64,000 nucleotides of DNA. It comes from Paraspadella gotoi. Taxonomy: Eukaryota; Animalia; Chaetognatha. The stretch is taken from the NCBI GenBank assembly GCA_051294375.1, contig CM119268.1:20829869-20893868 (forward strand), read 5' to 3'. Within the stretch, counting starts at the first letter, position 1. Every line of letters starts with the position of its first letter. Shown here piece after piece: positions 28,171-46,200 of the stretch. Under the pieces are notes generated by a model. That model was not told where the DNA came from and did no database searches. It worked only from the letters and a program-made list of their open reading frames with translations. Position numbers and translations under genes: made by a program.

Positions 28171-28960
28171 CTCTCTCCTCTCTCTCTTCTCTCTCTTCTT
28201 TCTCTCTCTCTCTCTTCTTCAATTTCGCCCCGCCGTCGAAGAATCATTTGCCAGCGCGAGAATCCTTCGTTTGCTTCATTAATAGACGTTCTCGAGACGT
28301 CGGAGAGAGAGAGAGAGAGGAGAGGAGAGGGAGAGAAGAGAGAGAGAGAGGAGAGGAGGAGAGGGAGAGACGAGGGGACGAGAGAGGGAGAGGAAAGAGT
28401 GATTAGAGAAAACCGGGAGGAATTGTTATTGGCGTTTGGGTTGATGAGATTAGGCAAAAACGCTTATTCTCAGTTTAATACAATGCAATGCACAATGCAG
28501 ATGTTACAGTAAAACAGTTGTATATCTGTTTGAGAATAAAATGAAAAAAAAAACAGTGTGTTGTTTTTGTTTTTTTTTAAATTAAAAAGAGCTAAGAGAT
28601 GCCCTCTTTTTATATCTTTCTAACATATATCATTCGATATAGATACCAACGAACTGTACTTCATTCTCCGGCTGAATATGTTATTTATTTAACGAAGAAA
28701 AACATGCTGAAATAACTTTATTTTTTGTGGTTTGATTAAAGCAAAAATATGTTACGACTCAGTTTACATCTAATAAATAGGATTTTCCCTAAATAATGAT
28801 TAGGTAAAAAATTATTTTATTTTTGGAGCCGTAAATTCCCTCTATCATTCCCTCAGCCCTTCGATATCTTCGACTGATGAGAAGGACTGTACGCTTTAAA
28901 GAGGGTCGAAAAAAACAGAAACGATAGTTCAGATGTTCCTTGCGCTCTCCGTATCCCCGA
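26810..28960 (+). repeat. Direct duplication 26810-27520 / 28215-28960 across a 25-N gap
   Basis: cgccccgccgtcgaagaatcatttgcc ... cagaaacgatagttcagatgt present twice; the C-rich satellite is also repeated (25020-25395, 27613-28000). Confidence 0.9.
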
Positions 28961-29178
28961 ATGATGAGAGTACACGAGCGGATGTGCGGAGACAAGAGAG
29001 ATATACAGAGGAGAAGACGAGAGAGAAGAGAGGAGCAGAGGAGAAGAGAGAGAGACAGAGAGAAAAAGAAAGAAAGAAAAGGAGAGAGCAGAGAAGAAAG
29101 AGAAGAGAGAGGAGAGAGAGAGATGAAAGAGAGAGAGATAGAAGGAGAGAGAGTGAAGAGAAGAGAAGAGAGAGAAGA

Positions 29179-29218
<40 letters not shown>

Positions 29219-32200
29219 TGCGGCTCCACGCAATTTTTTCCTTTTTCTGAAGATTGAAAGACAAAATCAGATCCCTCGTCTCGTCAGCCTTGAAAAATGG
29301 GTCAATATCGCCCTCATGATAGGTCGATCAAAAGGGTCGCCTGTTGAGATAGGTCCGTGGCCTCTTAGATGGTAAGGTGGTTGCTATGACGACGATAATC
29401 ATGATGTCAATATTGACGACAACAACGATGAAAATATTAAATCACAAAAGTGAACCAAGGATTAGAATTCCTCACACATCACAATTACTGGTTTTCAGTC
29501 TTTCAGTCGAATTCACGTGAATGAATCTATGAAATATTAAAGTTTCAGTCAAGCGCCCTTCTAACGCGCCCCCCCAAATCTCCACCCCCCCCCCTTGGCG
29601 CCAAGTTCTCTCTCCAGCGCCCCCCCTCTTCCTCCTCTTCCGCGACGGAACGCATCTGCACTAAGTTGGGGTTAAGTAACGATTATGTTTCGTCGTCAAA
29701 GAGACGAGTTTGTCGTTTGAGTTTTACACTGAGGATCATCGGTCTTGTTGTTGTTGTAGTTGTTGTCGTTGTTGTTTACGAATTAGGTTGTTGTTGTTGG
29801 GCAATTTCTAAGTCAGTCATCGTTGGCGTCGACGAGAAGGAAGAACTTTGGTGAATTAGATCTTTTGTGAAAGTCGAAAAGTGAACTTTAACTTTAACCA
29901 CAGTTAAAGTTTCGACTCTATTTTCCCATTTCAACACTTCAGCGCCTCATTTTTTAAATTATTTATATTCATAATTAATTTAACTTTGAGGTTTAAAAAT
30001 TAGGGATTATGTAAGGGAGAGAGATTAGGTTCTGAATTAGGTTACGGATTATGGTTAGGGAATAGAAAAGAGATTCGATTAAGGACTATATTAAGATTAG
30101 CGGTTAGTCATGAGATGATAAATTTGGTAAAAGATTAAGATTAAATTTATTCTCCGATATTTTATTATCTTAACTCTCTTCTTTTTTTTCTANNNNNNNN
30201 NNNNNNNNNNNNNNNNNTGTTACAGGAAAGTAGTTGTCGGTTATTTTTCTCATGAGTGACTCCCAATCATGATCTTCCTCTCGTCTCTCGAATCTTTATA
30301 CTCCTCGTTCTCCTCTTCCTGCTCCTCTTTCTTCTTCCTCCCCCTTCTCCATTTGGCCTCTCCGCCTTCTCTCCTACCCACGCTTACTCACTAGTTTTCG
30401 CCGCCCTTAGCGTGCCTGACCGAGCGAGACCGATCTCCCTCTGCCAGTAACGCACCCCTTCTGAGAGCGCTGGCAGACGCACCATAGATACGTGGCATGT
30501 AAGTAGCTAGGTCCACCCTCTCTCTAGTGTTCCCCTGTTCCCCGTCTTCGCTACTCCGCGTCAATCTCCTGGGGATAGAAACCATGTCTTCCTCCCCTGG
30601 TCTGCCGCGATCTCTGCGTGCCTCCCCCTTCTCCCCGTCTCCGTGTCTCTCTCCTCTCCTGCGTCCCCCTTCTCCTCTCCCTGCTCCCTCTCCTTTTCTT
30701 CTCCTTCACCTTCCCCGCCTTCCTCCCGGCCTATCGTCCCTCCTTCTATCCCGGCGCTTCTCTTAACGTCACCCCTCTCCCCTGGGTCAACCCTTTATTC
30801 TCCTGTCACCCGCAACCGTTTCTCTCCCTTTATGGCCCTCCCTGCGCCCCCTTCTTCCTCCCCCTCTGCCGGACCGCACTCTCTCCGGGCCCTTATTCTC
30901 CTCACCTCACCGTATAATCTAGCCCTCTCCTCCCTTCATACCACTCACCCCACCCTACTCTACTCTTCTTTCTCATACTCTCTCCATCTCTTTTCTGTGT
31001 TCGGCCTGATCGCGCCACTCTCTCCTCCTCGCTATTTCGGTCCTCATCTTCCAAATTTCTCTCCTGTTGCTTTCTTTCTCAGATTGATCCATCTTTGTAT
31101 ACTGAAAGAGCTCTGTGATATTTTCTGATCAGGGGTGGGAGTTGAGGAAGGATTTAGACATACCAATTGCATTCATTTTGTTGTTCGACATATCATTCAT
31201 GTCCATTACGTTCTATTTCTTCTCGTCTATCGGTCGATTCCCTATGCCGGTTTACATACTCTCTCTTTTGTCTGTTCATTCGTTCATTTGGTGCGTTATT
31301 TTCTTCGTGGGTAAAGATAACCAGGACCTAATACTATTGATTACCTCGTGAATGTTGCCTGACTCATGTTTTAATGTCTGTTTGTTTCTTGTTAATCTGT
31401 CGTGTTCTTATTTGTTATCTTGCATTGTTTCGTGTCTCTGTGTCGTCGTTCGTCTCTAATGGGTTTTTTTGTTTCTACAGTTCTGTTTATTTTTCGATTT
31501 CTATTTTATTTCATTTATTTCTATCTGTGTTGTGGTCTTTCTGCGGTTTGGTCGTACTTCTATCTCTCTTGTATTCCTAGTCTTTAGCTGAATGCTCTCT
31601 TCTTGATTTTTCTACTATTGTTTTCTTCTGTGGTCGTTCAATTTATTCATATCTGTTTCTTGGTTTTTCGTGTGGCTCAAAGTTTTTCTATTCCTCTATT
31701 TACATCGTTTATTGCTAATTTAGTTTGGTGTATTTTGTTATCGTGCTATCGTATCTCCAGTGTCGTATGTTTTCTTATGTGCAACAAGTTAACTCTTTGT
31801 GTGATACATTTCGCAAGTCCTGATTCAACTATATCATTTTTTTTCATTCGATCTTCCTCTTCTTCGCTTTTACTCTATTCCTCTCATACTTTCCTACTTT
31901 CTCTCTATATCTTCTCATGTCTCGATCCATCTCTTCCTCTTCTCTCTTCCTCGTCTGCGCATCACATGTGTTCTCTTTCGAACTATTCTCTCACACGGCT
32001 TCTCTTTGGTCCTGGGCTGTAGTGAGGATCGTGCTTTTAAATTCATTTGGGACCCTAAGACATTTACTCTTTCATTTTTTCATCTCTCATTATTTTTTTT
32101 TGAATTTTTTCGTCGTCTGCGTTTCTTCGTTGTCGCTCAGTATTTTGGTGTTGTGGTTGAATTCAGTGCTCAGCAGATAAAAAAATATACACTTAAATTT

Positions 32201-35200
32201 TTCGTGTGTCGGTGTGATGGTTCGTTTCTCTCGTTCTTCTTGATTTTTTACTTTTCTCTGCTCTGTTGCTTTCTTGTTTCTTTATAGTTTTGTTCCTTGG
32301 ATCTTTTATCTATTATCACAATTTCTTCCTCGTCTTCGCCAGCGTCTCGCCGTCGGGAAGTACTCTTTATCATCTAATGATTACTTGTAATCTAATAGCT
32401 AATGATTACCTCAGTTCAATTTATTGTATTAACATATGTTACCGAATTGAACCTTCATCGTTATCTTCATATTTTCTATCAGAGTCATACTTCCTATATT
32501 TCACGCCCTTCGACATTCGTAATTTCTAACCATTCATACACAGGATATCAAGACTTTGGAAGACGGGTGCTTTCTTCTGCGCTCTGACATGCCGCTCTTC
32601 GCCAACCTATTTTTTGAGATATACTTGTTTTTCTCTATGTTTTACATAATTAGTGTTTTATCTTACGTTAATTTTACATTTTAGATATTCTTGTATTTCT
32701 GATGATTCGTATTCACTAAATACCGCGTTTCATCGGCAGCCAATGCTAGCTGTGTGATGTGCTCGCGCGCGTCACAGTTAAAGTTCGTTCTCTGTGTCGT
32801 TGTTCTTGACCGCTCCCTTCGGGAGTTAGGACCAACACACCTTTGCCCACTTCTTACTCTGTCTAACTTTTCCTCCTCTCCACTTGGCTGGGCGCATATA
32901 CCACGGATCCCACCACGACACTCTCTCCACCACAACCTCTTTCCACAACGCATGCCGGCGACCCACATGACACACAAACTCCGTGTCTCCCAATCGACTG
33001 CAACAATCATACTCCCCATTCACCAATCATACTCTTGCTACGCGTGAGTCTTGCAACGATCCTTATGCACGCTTTGCCGCCCGACTATCTCCACACAATC
33101 CTCTCATCCACAACGTCAACCCCCTTAACACGAAGATACTCCCGACAGGCCTCTTCCACAAACATCACCCCCTACCACCAAAGACCTATCCACAACTCTC
33201 AACCCCACTACCCTTACAACCTGCGTTACACTCTTCAGACACCCGCACCAGTTCAACTCTTTCTTTCTCCCGAGATCACAGCCCCCACGACAATTACCCT
33301 CTCTGAGATTCACCCCTGCGTTTGCCTCTAGACCCCGCCCCTTTCCCCATTGACGGCAATGGTCGGGCTTTTTCGCGCCAGGCGTGTTCGATGGTGACGG
33401 CCACAAATTTCCTCTGTGCATGTACTTGCCCGTGGGCCGCAGCCTTCTCCGCAGGTAAGGCAACCTTAGGTCGTGGGTGCGAGGTTTGGCCGGCGCGTAA
33501 CCGCCGGCGCCGCACGCGTTTCCTCCCCGCCGCGGGTTCCGTCAATTTCCTCCTTGGACGGCTGGTTGCCGTCCGCGCGCGGTTCTCCGCTCTCGGCCCT
33601 TGAGGCAGCTCGGTGCTTGCAGCGGTCTGGGCGATTCGTAGAACGTGCCTGAAGTTTGTCCAGCGCCCAGCGGTGATATTTCGCTCCTCACATCAGTATG
33701 TTGAATCTTTGCGTCGCGGTAGTGTCGAGTTGCTCGTTTACATCATTGGGAGCGCATAGATACTTATAGGCGCAAGGACTTTATTATAACTATGGATCTA
33801 TATTATATTGCGAGGTATGATTTTTCATTTGTAAAGTGTGTGGAGGCTCTCCTGCCTTTCTTGTATCTGTTAGTCTATATTCTAGGTTGTGGATAGGTTA
33901 TAATATGTATTTTAAAATATATTAAACCGAATACGGAATTTAATAATTAGTGTGTGGTGTAAGCAGTGTTTAATTTTAGATAATCTAAAGATTTATTACT
34001 AACTTTACTTATAATTTTATTTGTTAATTTTAAATTCTTGAATTATGAATTATTAGCATCAGTGTTTTAGCTGTTGAATATAAATTTTGAATAACTCTTT
34101 CTCTTATATGTCTCACATTTGTGTTCTGTGTTTTTGATTAATCTGCCAAACTCTCTTTGCTTTGCATTTCAGTATATATTTTTCTTGTATCAAACATTTT
34201 TGTGGTCTCAAACTTAATTCATTAATCAACTTAAAATTACTATAGACGACCCTAACAATCTTACGTATAACTATAGGAATTAATTTATTCCATTACGCAG
34301 TCTTTGATCATCACTCTTCTCATCAGGTAGACCCAACGCCCTCATAGTATCACATCCTCATAGTATCTCCTACCACTCGGTATATCCGTTTTCACAGTTA
34401 ATTCATGCTGCACCTCTTCCTTATTGATTAACATATCAGATACTCTCATTCATCTCGTCTCCCGTTTAATTTGGATTTATTTGAAATTTTCTTAACGTCC
34501 ACATCGATAAAAAATGATCAAATAATATACATATATATTGTATACCGAATAGATTAATTTTCTTTACTCGCAATTAATCGGATTACAGTATTATTCCATA
34601 TTTTTCTCTAGCTTGTTAGAATCGTAAGAATTATATTCGTCTCTCCATCTTATTCGCACCCAACAAATCATCACCAGAGACTAGCCGGTAGAAGTTTTTT
34701 TTTTTCGGCAATTACGTGACTACTAGGTCATCACGGCTCACCATGCGGAAGCTACGGTTCACCGTCGTTGGATGGCAAAAATGGGATCCTACCCTGGTCC
34801 TTTTTGGAACCACGGATCGGGCTAGTCTGTGTACGACGTCGCCTCGAATCAGAGTAACATGATCAGCGGTGGGGTTAGCTAATTCGCCCCGTCTGCTATC
34901 CGACATTATCTTTCTACTACTTTGTGAATACTCTACGACTCGGGGTGGCTGTGAGCAGCGACGTAGTTCTCGTTGTTGGGTTGGGGAACTCGTGTACCCT
35001 CGCGTCGTGTCGAGATCGCGAGATTTGAGGTTTGTTGGCTGACGGCTCTGCTGATTTCGTCCGGGCGCGGAGTACCGGTGCTGCGGTATTGAAATTAGTA
35101 CGCTAAACGCGCGAAACATGCAGTTATGAGCGTGCTACTTCATCATGATGTGAGGTTTTATTGAAGTATATTTTACTTACAGTTGTTGTAAGAATAGAGT

Positions 35201-35309
35201 CGGAGTTCGCGGCCTATTTGATAGTTTGGAAGACTTCTGGTTGATTGTTTGCAACCACTCTGGCATACGTCGTGGGCTCTGCCTTGGGTAAAAGCTGAGT
35301 GAAACCCCG

Positions 35310-35415
35310 TTAGCATGCATAATGTATGATGAGGCCCATAGCACCTACAAGCCTCTCTAGGTTGAGTGCATTGTTTTGCTATGTGGTTCTTTCTAAACAT
35401 CTAAAGCACAAAACC
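35310..35415 (-). mobile_element. Isolated BEL/Pao Gag zinc-knuckle fragment
   Basis: With one frameshift it reads LCFRCL-RKNHIAKQCTQPREACRCYGPHHTLC, the CFxCL..H...C...C..C...HH pattern. Confidence 0.6.
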
Positions 35416-35755
35416 CTATTTCATTTTCGATTACATCATTCTTTTCCATCCTTTGGAAAGTTTCCTTAAAGTCTTGTGTTGATCAGTAATCTCAGGTTTG
35501 AGAGAAAGATGTGACGACCTCATCGCCACTTCTCCAGGATCCAGGAATCTTTGTTTTTCCTGATATATCGACGTCGTCGTCGTCGTCGTCTTCTTCATCG
35601 TCGTCTTCGTCGTCGTCGTCGTCGTCTTCGTCGTCGTCGCCTTCTCGAACGTCTTACGAGTTCATCGACGAAACAGTGTTTTCCGCATCATAAACTTCGA
35701 AATATGGGCTATCTCTCGATTTTCTTGCAGTTTACGATGCAAACGCGTCACAATT

Positions 35756-35878
<123 letters not shown>

Positions 35879-35929
35879 TCCGTTTCGGGCTAATGAGATC
35901 GTCTTTAAATTCATTTTATTTTATTTCTC

Positions 35930-40320
<4,391 letters not shown>

Positions 40321-40328
40321 TCTCTCTT

Positions 40329-40381
<53 letters not shown>

Positions 40382-40899
40382 TCTCCACTTAATTTTCAAT
40401 CAAGCTCGTTCCTTCACCCAGAGTCTTTCTCCGTTACCTCTCTCTCTCTCTCACTCTCTCCTCTCTCTCTCTCTCTCGTTCTCTCGCTCTTTTCCCGGGC
40501 GGGACGCGTNNNNNNNNNNNNNNNNNNNNNNNNNCTCTCTCTCTCTCTCTCTCCTCTCACATTTTCAATCAAGCTCGTTCCTTCACCCAGAAGTCTTTCT
40601 CCGTTACCTCTCTCTCTCTCTCAACTCTCTCGCTCTCTCTCTCTTCTCGTATCTCTCGCTCTTTTCCGGGCGGGACGCGTAACGCGCGTCTATGGCGACG
40701 ATTCCGCGCAAAAACCCATTGTGATGAATGGGTTCTTGTTGATATTTTTTACTGCCGCTAAAGTGCTGTTACGAAATAACTATCTTAATATTGGCCGAGG
40801 GAAATCCAGCTCTCTTACCTTTTTCCCGTTGCTCTTTTGCTCTTTATACTGACATCGAAATGCCACCCGAAACTAGTTCAACACATTAAATCTTCGTTT

Positions 40900-42500
40900 T
40901 GCGGAAACACCTGCATCAAGTGCTTCGCTTTCGAAGGCTCTCTAAATCTCAACGGTTTCTTCGGGGCGGTTGCGGAAGAATTCTACTTGCTTCGCGTCTC
41001 CTAGGTGCCGATGATGACGTACTCCAACATCGAAGCCGTCCTTGCAACACGCCTTCGACGTGCGACGTAAGGAATCGGTGGCGCCTTCGGGACTGCTTTT
41101 CATCGGATAGGGATCCCGAACTCGCGACGACGCGTTTCATCGGTCTTTATTATACTTGTGCCGGCAACACGTCATCGCCCCTTCCGTCGAAACTTGCGTG
41201 AGATTGAAGTTCGGATTCGATTCATTTTATTTCTTCAATCTTCTGCGCCTCTTCGGCCGCAACCGACTTCGTTGAAGCTTTCCTGACGGGACTTCAACGC
41301 CGCCTTTTGGCCATCAGCGGCGCCGAATAGGATCGCCGGAGAAATTAGCGCCGCCAGCCAATCAAACTGCGTCGAGAAGCTCGAGTGCGAAACGCTTGCA
41401 AGGGAACTCCCCTTTCGGCGTTCTTTTGACATCGCCGTTCGTTTTGTAAACGAGATTCTCGCTCTTGAGTGCGGCAAAGAGAAGGATATCGACTGCTCAA
41501 GACGACCGGGCATGAAACCCTCTCCCAAACTTAGCCATCCGAGATATCGCCAACTTCTTCACGGCGGAAATGACTCTACCCCGGACGAGTCAGACCCTTA
41601 GGAATGCAACGTCTTCCTACGGAACCCTCAACGTCGACGAGGTGGTGGAGGCTCAAGCGATTTCGTACGATCGCGCCCAAAGCCGCCCCGATGCGAAGAA
41701 AACATCCGGAAGCCACACGGATAGATTCGCATTGAAGGCAATTTGTGAAGTCATCCTTCCACGATAAAAAGAGGTAGAAAACAGGGCGTATGTCGATCCC
41801 GTCGCCTCAGAAATCATCTGGACATTGCCGCCAGCTCGTTCGCGGGCCAATTCTATGTCGACACGTGTTTGCATCGCGGGAAAGCATCTCGTCGACAGGA
41901 CGCTCCGTATTCCGCCGCAGCACGGATGACGACGACGCAGAAGGAATCGGCGACTTAACGCCAACCGTCCCTTCAGCTGCAAACTATCCGACGACGACTA
42001 CGTTGCGTCCAACCCGACCATTATCGTCCCCTCACCGACTCTAGAAGAAGATGTCGAATGCTTCAAAGTCCGTCTTTTTCCTTTGACGTCGTTTCGGCGT
42101 TTGACGGATAATCAGCGCACGATGAGAAATAACAACTATTCTCACCAAAAACAATCGACGACGAAGATGTGATGCGTCGGCCCAGGAGGTGCGGCTGAGG
42201 TCTGCTGCGGTGCTTGGCCGTCGCAGCAATGACCGTCGAGGATTGCCCCAGGGCGACGTCCGTCAATCATATTCTGGATCGACAAGAGCACAAAGTCTTC
42301 AACCAACATCGATCTCGCCGTCAACGAGATTTCAACAGGTGGTTCGATGATCGATGAAGCGTCTCTCGTCGGCTGGTCGATGGGGAGTGCGCTGGGTTTT
42401 CAATAACTCGACCTTTCTTGGAGAGTCAGATTAGATTGAGAGAGTTGCGTGAAATCGCGGAGACGACATATCGTATCGCTGCGCTTACCGCCGAGAACGC
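40900..42500 (-). mobile_element. Inverted BEL/Pao pol fragment (RT-RNase H)
   Basis: Minus-strand QFDWLAALISPAILFG...QESFNE resembling FDPLGLISP...WDE (41270-41370); KTDFEAF resembling ADIEKAF (~42055-42078); SSAPRRREASRILP resembling KSRVAP..SIPRLEL (~40970-41020). Confidence 0.55.
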
Positions 42501-43249
42501 CAGTAGGACGAGATGGAAAGAATAGAGAGAAGAAGTGATTTGCAGAGGCGGTAATACGAGCTCTTGGCGAGTCAGAGTGACCTGTTTCAACGTTCATGCG
42601 CCTTCAACATCGCAGTACGGCTGAGTGGCGTCGAGGCTCAGTCTTCTCTCCCCGCCGTCTTGAGCCTCTCTCCAAAGGCTCGTCAACCGTCTTCAAACTC
42701 CATCCTCGTCGGAATTGATTTGACGATTCACTGCCCCATGAATCGCCATCACGTCTCACAAAGTCGGGCGTCAACTCGTCGACGATTCGTGATCATCCGC
42801 CGGAACCAGAACCGGATGGAGGAGGCGGCGGGCGTTGGAACGAACCGATGGCGTTCGCCTGCCGCTGATCCGCCAAGTCCGACAGTTCGTCACTTTTGGA
42901 GTTTTTTGCGCGACGCAATAAGGGACCTTTTCAATGAAGGATTGCCGTCGTTGAGGCGTCGAGAACGCAGGGGAGTGAATCCTCCCCCCAGTTCCCACGC
43001 CTACTTTGCTGCCGGCGTTCTTGCCGACTGCGGCGTTGACCGCCGAAGCGCCGTGGCTTCAACTTCAACGAGACTCGCGCCGAATTTGAGCGGCTTCAAA
43101 CGTCCTGTTCGCCTCAAGGCATCCAAACGGCTGTCATCCTCTGATGCGGCGCCGTTCGGAGCTTTCGTCCGCTCCGCTGCGATGGCGACGGGCTTCTTGG
43201 ATACAAGCCCAAACGCTCGCCTACAAATGCTTCAGCAGCAGCGCCCAAA

Positions 43250-46200
43250 AGATCAAGGTCGACGAGAACTTCGGTCGCGATTAGACTTTTGAGCGCCAAC
43301 TGTCGCGATTTTAACGTCAGCGTCTGCGCGTTGGAGGGCGCCTACGGATCCAATTTGAAGGAAGGAGCTTCCTTCACTGGGTTCGACTGGTCTTCCAAGC
43401 GTTCCATCGAACGATTCTATCTCGATACGACGCTACCCGGCTCTTAGCGACGCCCTTGGCGTTCTCAAGAGAAAGTGGGGAATGAAGCGGACGACTGGCC
43501 GGACGGAAATGATTGAACAGATCCTCACCGGCCAGAAGCATCGATCGAAAGGACTCAGCGCGGTCATCATGCGTTCTTTTGATCACTTTGCAGCAGGTGT
43601 ACGACCTCGCGAGGAGACGGACCGACTTGAGACCTCGCCGTGCGGCCGTGATGGCGGATCTGCTCGCAAAACGATGCCAACCTTTCAGATAGTGGGGCGA
43701 AAAAAGTGGTTATTTTAGACAGAATCATGAATGGAATTACGATCCTTCTTTCTGTGATTTCTTGTCTTTTCTTGCATAAACCAGAGATTCTCGATTTAGA
43801 CCGCCGCGCCGAAAAATGGAACCATCCAGCGGCGACGAGCAGAGCGGGACGGCGGCGAAAGTCAGCGTTGCGTCAGCGGACAATCCATCGAGGAAGAAGA
43901 AGGCTTCGGTGGCCGCCTCAGCCGTTCTGCAACAACGGGAACGCCGACTTCAAAATTGGCGTCGTCGCCAGCGCCGGGATCGAGGACTTACTTGCCTTGC
44001 TCACTTTGCGAGAGACGCCATTTTTGCACAGTTGCGAAAAGTTTCAACGTTTGTGGCCCGCAGATTGTCTTCGAAACTTTTGCGTCTCTCAAGCCTGCTG
44101 CTTCAACTGCTTGGGAAGCGTCATTCGTGTCGAAAAATGCCCTTCAAAAGGAGCGCTGCTTTTGCGACAAAAATCATCATCCGCTCCTCCATTAGACGGA
44201 TTGAGCCCCGTCGAGAAGCGGGATTTTCAAAGTATCTTCAAGCAATCGACATCGACGAGTCAACGGAGAATTAGCCTAACGCCGCCGCCGAGATTAGTCA
44301 GTGGACCGGCGCCGTGGAAAAGGCTACGTGACTTTGCTGTTTAGCGCGAGCGGGGGCGCGTTTCCGCCCAGCGGCGCCAATCGTGGACGTCGTTCGAGCG
44401 ACGACGTTGTTCAGCTTTGTATTATTGGATAAAGGGAGATTGCGTTTTTTAATATCCGGTTTACAAGTGATTAAAACTGCAGCTTAGTCTCGTTAAAATA
44501 TTTTATTCTCGCTCTGAGTCTACACTCCCTAGGCCAAAGGTGATAAAATGAAGATTTCTTCGGTTGACGACGCGTTCTATCTGGATATGGAGGATGTCCC
44601 TCGCCTGTCGACGTTCTTGCGTTTGGTGACGACGCTTCACCAGCGCAAGAAAAGATTCTCTCTTTTTTATTTCATCTCGTGGATGCCGAGATTCGAATTT
44701 GCCGCGGAAGTAAGATTCCTTTTTTACAAGAGACGTCGACTGATCAACGGCCATGGGGACGTCGAGCTCCGCCGGGAAATTTATTTCACAACCTGACTTT
44801 GTATCGAAGTCGACAACGAGCAGCTCAGCCGAGAGTTTCGGTCGATCATCGACGTGATATTTTCCGGCGCCATCAGCGAAGCGTGTCTTCAACGTGCAGG
44901 GTGGCTTCGCTGTGTGAGCGATTCGGTCGACGATACTGTTTGAACGGGCGAGGTTGACTGGATGTGATGTAATTTACTTCCATCGAGAATTATCTCTGGA
45001 TCGCGGCCACGCCTACAGAGACGACGACGGCAGAATGTTCTTCTTCTGGATGCCTCCGAGATGCCTGCGGCGTCGTTATGTTAAGTCGCGTCAATGTTTA
45101 GTCTTTGAGTAAATTTTTATCCGAGTCGTCTGCCTAATTCGTCTCACCGTTCGAGATAAATTCGTGTTTTAAATTCGTTATTTTTTCATGGCGATTTTCG
45201 CTCATCGTCAAATATAGTAAATTCGAGTTTAAAAAAATCGCGTTTTCTCGTTTTTCAAATATCGAATTTTACATAATCATGGATCATCCTTGGTGGACGA
45301 ATAGAGAAATGTCCTGATGATGCGAATTTGGGCCTCTCTCTCTCTTTTACACGGGAAAATGGTGATATGGAATTATTCATGATGCGGACTGATTTCATCT
45401 TTGGACGCTGGGATCGACGTGGCCAATTTACGAGCGTCTGGTCTCCATGGAAACCAAAGAACATCCGGTCTCGTCGCCGAGTTGTCGCGGGTGGCTCCGT
45501 CCTCGTCGATGATTTTCCCGTTCTCCGCCCATGTTTTTCCGTTGCCTCGTGATGCTGCATCGTAATTGCTGCCTTTCGTTAGCGCGTGTTAGAGACTATT
45601 TAGCCTTCAACGTGATCTGCGGCATAGAAGCATCCCTCGAGTCTCTCGTCGAAATCCATTCGACAGCGAAACGCCTCTTTTCGCTAATTGTAAAAGATAT
45701 TTCGGTTTCAAGATAGAACTTTTTCTCATGTTTTTTATCGGTCATCGACATCGACGGAGATGTGCTGGAGAATCTATTTCGCTCTTCGTTGGTTGTCTCT
45801 TCGTCGACTGCGGCGGGGAAACACGCTTCAACGCTGTCCTCCGAGGCGAAGCATCCGATCAATGAGCGATTCCATCGTCTCGCCCTCGGCGCCGAGAATT
45901 ATCATCTTTAACGCCAGACGACATCTTATCCACATTGGATCCAGAGGTCGGCCTACTCGCCTCTTCTTGTAACGAACAAGTTGACGAGCCTGTGCAGGCC
46001 GGCGTTTTTTATCAGAAAGGGTGCCTGCAATCGACTCGTACGGCGGCGCGCGTTTCGTGCGGACCGAATGAAAAATTTCGATCGCGATTGATTTTTTAAA
46101 AAATATCATCCGTGTATATAGTTGAGGGAAAGTTAAATTAAATTCGAATACCTCACCTCAAAGAAACATACTCTTTGTGCCATATTTTTCATTTTATTGC

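Noticed and set aside
30218-33600. Many hydrophobic or Pro/Ser-rich ORFs
   Set aside because: Low-complexity, error-rich sequence right after a 25-N gap; from ~32000 it is a noisy copy of the 35.9-38.1 kb unit.
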